Source: Dehalococcoidia bacterium
GTDB taxonomy: Bacteria > Chloroflexota > Dehalococcoidia > DSTF01 > RBG-16-68-14
Length of the DNA stretch: 20,000 nt
NCBI GenBank assembly: GCA_040882355.1
Contig: JBBEBM010000060.1
Location: forward strand, 53,717 to 73,716
Reading direction: 5' to 3'
The position numbers and the translations under genes were made by a program. Below are positions 17,005 through 20,000 of this stretch, piece by piece (position 1 is the stretch's first letter; each line of letters opens with the position of its first letter). The notes beneath the pieces were generated by a model. That model did no database searches, had not been told where the DNA came from, and saw nothing but the letters and a program-made list of their open reading frames with translations.

Positions 17005-17030
17005 AGATGCCTCGCTGCGCTCAGCATGAC
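17005..17030. repeat. single copy of a REP-like dispersed repeat
   Basis: AGATGCCTCGCTGCGCTCAGCATGAC resembles, from memory, the widespread (AGAT)CCTTCGCTGCGCTCAGGATGAC-type intergenic repeat; only one copy here. Confidence 0.5.
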
Positions 17031-17070
17031 GAGGGGGCGTGGTTATCCGTGGGGCGAGCACGACGTTCGG

Positions 17071-17098
17071 TTGCGGGCTTTGCGCGCTGTGGTATAGT
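17071..17098 (+). promoter_or_regulatory. sigma70 promoter for the tandem-GNAT gene
   Basis: TTGCGG-16 nt-TATAGT with extended TG. Confidence 0.6.
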
Positions 17099-17155
17099 TC
17101 GAGCGCGCCTTCGACATCCCGAAAACTAAGCTGGCCTGCCACAGGAGGTCTCCTC

Positions 17156-18439
17156 GTGCGTCTGCCGGACACGCCCGTTGGGCGGCAAGCAGCCTGGTTC
17201 TTTCATCACTCCGAATCCAACGGCCGCGACCTGACCGTGGACGAGGTCGCCGAGCACATGCGCTTCCCCGAGCCCTGGACGCCCGAGCGCGGCCTGGAGC
17301 GCTTTCGCGAACCGGAAAGCGCGATCCAAATCAACGGCGTCGAGGAGCGCTCGCCCTACAACCTGGCCGTCCGTCTTGTGTACGAGAGCGACCGCGACAA
17401 GCCCTGGGTCGCCAACTTCCGCGTCGAGGAGCAGCCGCCGCACGTCATCACGTGGCTGCAGTTCGTGCGCGACGTGGGCGCTGGCGTCGTCATCCGCGAG
17501 GCGACCGCCGCCGACGAACCTGTCCTTGCCGAGCTGGAGCGGCGCTCGCCGCTCACCGTCGGCGAGGTGTCGATCACGTACGACCGAGGCGATGACTTTT
17601 TCGCCTTCGCCCGACTGATGGAGGATAACGTCAACCTGGTCGCTGAGGAAGACGGCGAGATCGTCGGGCTCTTCAGCGGTTGCCTCCACAAGGTCATCGT
17701 TGGCGGCGAAGAGTATCAGGCGATGCTCATGCACCACCTTCGGATCCCGCCCGAGCAGCAGAAGAAGGGCCTGTACAGCGCCCTCAACGTTAGCGTCTTC
17801 CAGGCGTTCGAAGGGCGTCAGAACGCCCCATACGCCTACACGGCCATGGACAACGCCGCCGCCATCCGGCTGCGGGGGCCGGACAGTTGGAGCTTCCCAG
17901 CGCAGCGCGCGCTGCTCTTGTGCGCCGGCCTCGCCGGAGGGCCGGCCGGGGCCCCGGCGACGCCCGACGACGGCCCGCGGATCATCGAGATCTTGAATCG
18001 CTGCCATGAGGGCGAGGAGATGTACGTGCCGTACACCGTCGAATCGCTCGCGGCTCGCCTGGAACGGGCGCCCGACCTCTACTCCTGGGAGCGGGTCTGG
18101 CTGACGGATCGGGCCGTCGTCGGCGTCTGGCCCGCCGGCCTGCGAGTCGTGACCGAAGCGGGCGGGTATCGTGCCGAGACGGTGCGGGCGACGGTGCTTG
18201 ACTATGGCTTCCTGCCGGGTGCGGAGGGCGAGTTCGAGCAGCTCTTGCGAGCGTGGTGCGCGTGGCTCGCGAGCAACGGCCACAGCGAGCTGGGCGTGCT
18301 CACGTCTGAGGGCTCGCCGAACTATCCGGTTCTCGGCAAGCTGGCGTCGCAGATGGACGCCTACCTGTTCCGGATGGGCGCGCCTGAGCCGGAAGGCGCC
18401 GCCCAACGCGGCCTCTACGTCGACGGCATCTACTTCTAG
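17156..18439 (+). CDS. tandem GNAT-fold acyltransferase with an extra N-terminal domain of about 105 aa
   Basis: Start GTG 17156 after AGGAGG. GNAT-1: IREATAADE...LVAEEDGEIVG...LRIPPEQQKKGLY...DNAAAIRL. GNAT-2 begins PATPDDGPRIIEILN. Confidence 0.75.
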   Translation: MRLPDTPVGRQAAWFFHHSESNGRDLTVDEVAEHMRFPEPWTPERGLERFREPESAIQINGVEERSPYNLAVRLVYESDRDKPWVANFRVEEQPPHVITWLQFVRDVGAGVVIREATAADEPVLAELERRSPLTVGEVSITYDRGDDFFAFARLMEDNVNLVAEEDGEIVGLFSGCLHKVIVGGEEYQAMLMHHLRIPPEQQKKGLYSALNVSVFQAFEGRQNAPYAYTAMDNAAAIRLRGPDSWSFPAQRALLLCAGLAGGPAGAPATPDDGPRIIEILNRCHEGEEMYVPYTVESLAARLERAPDLYSWERVWLTDRAVVGVWPAGLRVVTEAGGYRAETVRATVLDYGFLPGAEGEFEQLLRAWCAWLASNGHSELGVLTSEGSPNYPVLGKLASQMDAYLFRMGAPEPEGAAQRGLYVDGIYF

Positions 18440-18494
18440 AGGAACGCGGGCCCGCTAGCGCGGCCACGCCGCCGTCCACTACACTACTTTCGCC

Positions 18495-19082
18495 ATGCCC
18501 TACACCGTCACCGACCTCGCCGCTGACACGCAGCGCCTCGTCGATCAGCACGCTGACGTGAACGAGCGCGTGCGGGCGATCGCGCCCCACCTGGAGCGGT
18601 GGATGCGCGATCCAGACCTCACGCCCGAGCAGCGCGCACCGTGCGAGGGCCGCGCCTGCGGCCACCTGCTGCACACGGCCGGCGACGGCTCGTTCTTCAT
18701 CATCTCGGTCGTCTTTCCGCCGGGCACCAGCAGCGGCGTCCACTATCACGGCGCCTGGGGCGTCATCGGCGTGCTGGCGGGAGTAGATGAGGAGACGAAG
18801 TACGTCCGGCGCAACGGCGCGGCCGAGCCGAGCGCGGGCGAGGGCTGCGAGCTGGAGCAGACCGCGAATCAGCTCTTCCCTCCCGGCAGCATCACCTACC
18901 TCCTGCCGCCGGACGAAGGCTTTCATCGGGTGCGCGCGGCCGGCGAGGAGACGGGCGTCTCGCTCCACATCCTGGGCGGCACGCCGGAGTCGCACCCGCA
19001 CTTCCTCTGCCACCCGGAGAGCCGGAAGCTCGTCGACTTCCCGATGGCGGCGCTGCTCGATCAGGTGCCGCCTGGCACGTAG
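18495..19082 (+). CDS. cysteine dioxygenase-like cupin
   Basis: VFPPGTSSGVHYHGAWGVIGVLAG (HxH), PPDEGFHRV (third His), VSLHILG. Confidence 0.85.
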   Translation: MPYTVTDLAADTQRLVDQHADVNERVRAIAPHLERWMRDPDLTPEQRAPCEGRACGHLLHTAGDGSFFIISVVFPPGTSSGVHYHGAWGVIGVLAGVDEETKYVRRNGAAEPSAGEGCELEQTANQLFPPGSITYLLPPDEGFHRVRAAGEETGVSLHILGGTPESHPHFLCHPESRKLVDFPMAALLDQVPPGT

Positions 19083-19125
19083 CGCGGTACAGCGCGCGCA
19101 CCGGATCGAGTAAGATAGCCCCATT

Positions 19126-19665
19126 ATGGCGTCCGGCCCCTTCGCCGAGCAGCCCAAGCTGCCCTTCCCGCTGCAGGAGGGCGAGCGTGTGATCCAGCTC
19201 TGCCGCCGCCACTGGTGGTTCCTCTGGCCGCGCACGATTCTCTGGGCGGCGTTCGCGCTCGTTCCGGTGGCCGCGGCCGCATGGGCGCTCGAAAGGATCG
19301 ACGTGCTCGATGACACCCGAATCGTCTTCGGACCGGTCGCGGCGCTCTGGCTGCTGTTCTGGGCAGCGCGGCTGCTCCTGAACTGGTATCAGTACACGCG
19401 CGATATCTGGGTGATCACCAACCAGCGCATCGTCGATAGCACCCAGCCGACGCCCTTCCGCCATCACCTCGCGACAGCGGACCTGATCAACGTGCAGGAC
19501 ATCTCCGTGGAGAAGACGGGCATCATTCCGTCGATGCTGAACTTCGGCGACGTGCTCTGCCAGACCGCGGGCACGGGCTCGAACTTCCGCATCGGCGGCG
19601 TTCCTCACCCCGCCGACGTGCAGCTCCTCATCGACAAAGAGCGCGACCGCGAGCGCGGCCGCTGA
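19126..19665 (+). CDS. membrane protein with a bacterial PH domain
   Basis: LQEGERVI..RRHWW, two hydrophobic segments, WVITNQRIVD, NVQDISVEKTGI, NFGDVLCQTAG, VPHP. Confidence 0.85.
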   Translation: MASGPFAEQPKLPFPLQEGERVIQLCRRHWWFLWPRTILWAAFALVPVAAAAWALERIDVLDDTRIVFGPVAALWLLFWAARLLLNWYQYTRDIWVITNQRIVDSTQPTPFRHHLATADLINVQDISVEKTGIIPSMLNFGDVLCQTAGTGSNFRIGGVPHPADVQLLIDKERDRERGR

Positions 19666-19675
19666 GGGGCGTTCG

Positions 19676-20000
19676 TTAGTCGTCCTCCTCCGCCTCGAGC
19701 CGCTTGTACTCCTCCCGGCTCATCGCGCCCTCCGGCAGGCCGCGCGTGGCGAGCTGCTCGACCGCTTCGAGCGCGGCGTCGACGTCCGCCTCTTCGCTGA
19801 AGATCGCGAGCGAGAGCCGGACGCGCTTGTCGTTCACGACGCGTCCGACGATGCGCCGGAGCTGCCACAGGGCGGCGCAGGTCTCGTTCGGCTCCAGGTC
19901 GCCTACGGTGAAGGTGACGAGCGCCGATCGTAGCGCGGGGTCGAGCGGGCCGCGAATCGTCACGCCCGGGATGCGCTGCAGGCCGTCGATCAACCGGCCG
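19676..20000 (-). CDS. C-terminus of a class V PLP-dependent enzyme (cysteine desulfurase/lyase-like); 5' end outside the window
   Basis: GLQRIPGVTIRGP...RSALVTFTV...RVRLSLAIFSEEADVDAALEAV pattern typical of the fold-type I class V small domain. Confidence 0.75.
   Translation of the reverse strand, partial: GRLIDGLQRIPGVTIRGPLDPALRSALVTFTVGDLEPNETCAALWQLRRIVGRVVNDKRVRLSLAIFSEEADVDAALEAVEQLATRGLPEGAMSREEYKRLEAEEDD

Noticed and set aside
16786..17097. 103-aa ORF in the galK downstream region
   Set aside because: TTG start without an RBS, no motif, and it overlaps repeats and the next gene's promoter
17126..18406. 426-aa minus-strand ORF
   Set aside because: Antisense shadow of the tandem-GNAT gene, which has the promoter, RBS and motifs

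Overview
GC-rich bacterial genomic window, probably from a metagenome scaffold (10-N gap at 2949-2958). Gene style suggests Chloroflexota/Dehalococcoidia-like origin, which is inference only. The left part is housekeeping on the minus strand: murA (Cys-to-Asp variant), mreB/mbl, dnaJ, prmA and a partial moxR. The centre (about 6.3-13.8 kb) is a compact carbon-storage locus that combines neutral-lipid genes (WS/DGAT, PlsC-type acyltransferase, lipase-like hydrolase) with polyhydroxyalkanoate genes (short PhaE/PhaR-like subunit, class III/IV PhaC, candidate depolymerase with a basic tail). It also has a candidate new phasin/apolipoprotein-like coat protein and a Pat-like GNAT. Next is a REP-associated tyrosine transposase (RAYT) with GTAG/GTGG-footed REP hairpins, one in frame inside the gene, and no stop codon at its normal end. 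The right part holds galT-galK, a palindrome-rich intergenic region, a tandem-GNAT fusion protein, an atypical cysteine-dioxygenase-like cupin, a PH-domain membrane protein and the 3' end of a class V PLP enzyme. No rRNA, tRNA or CRISPR array was seen.
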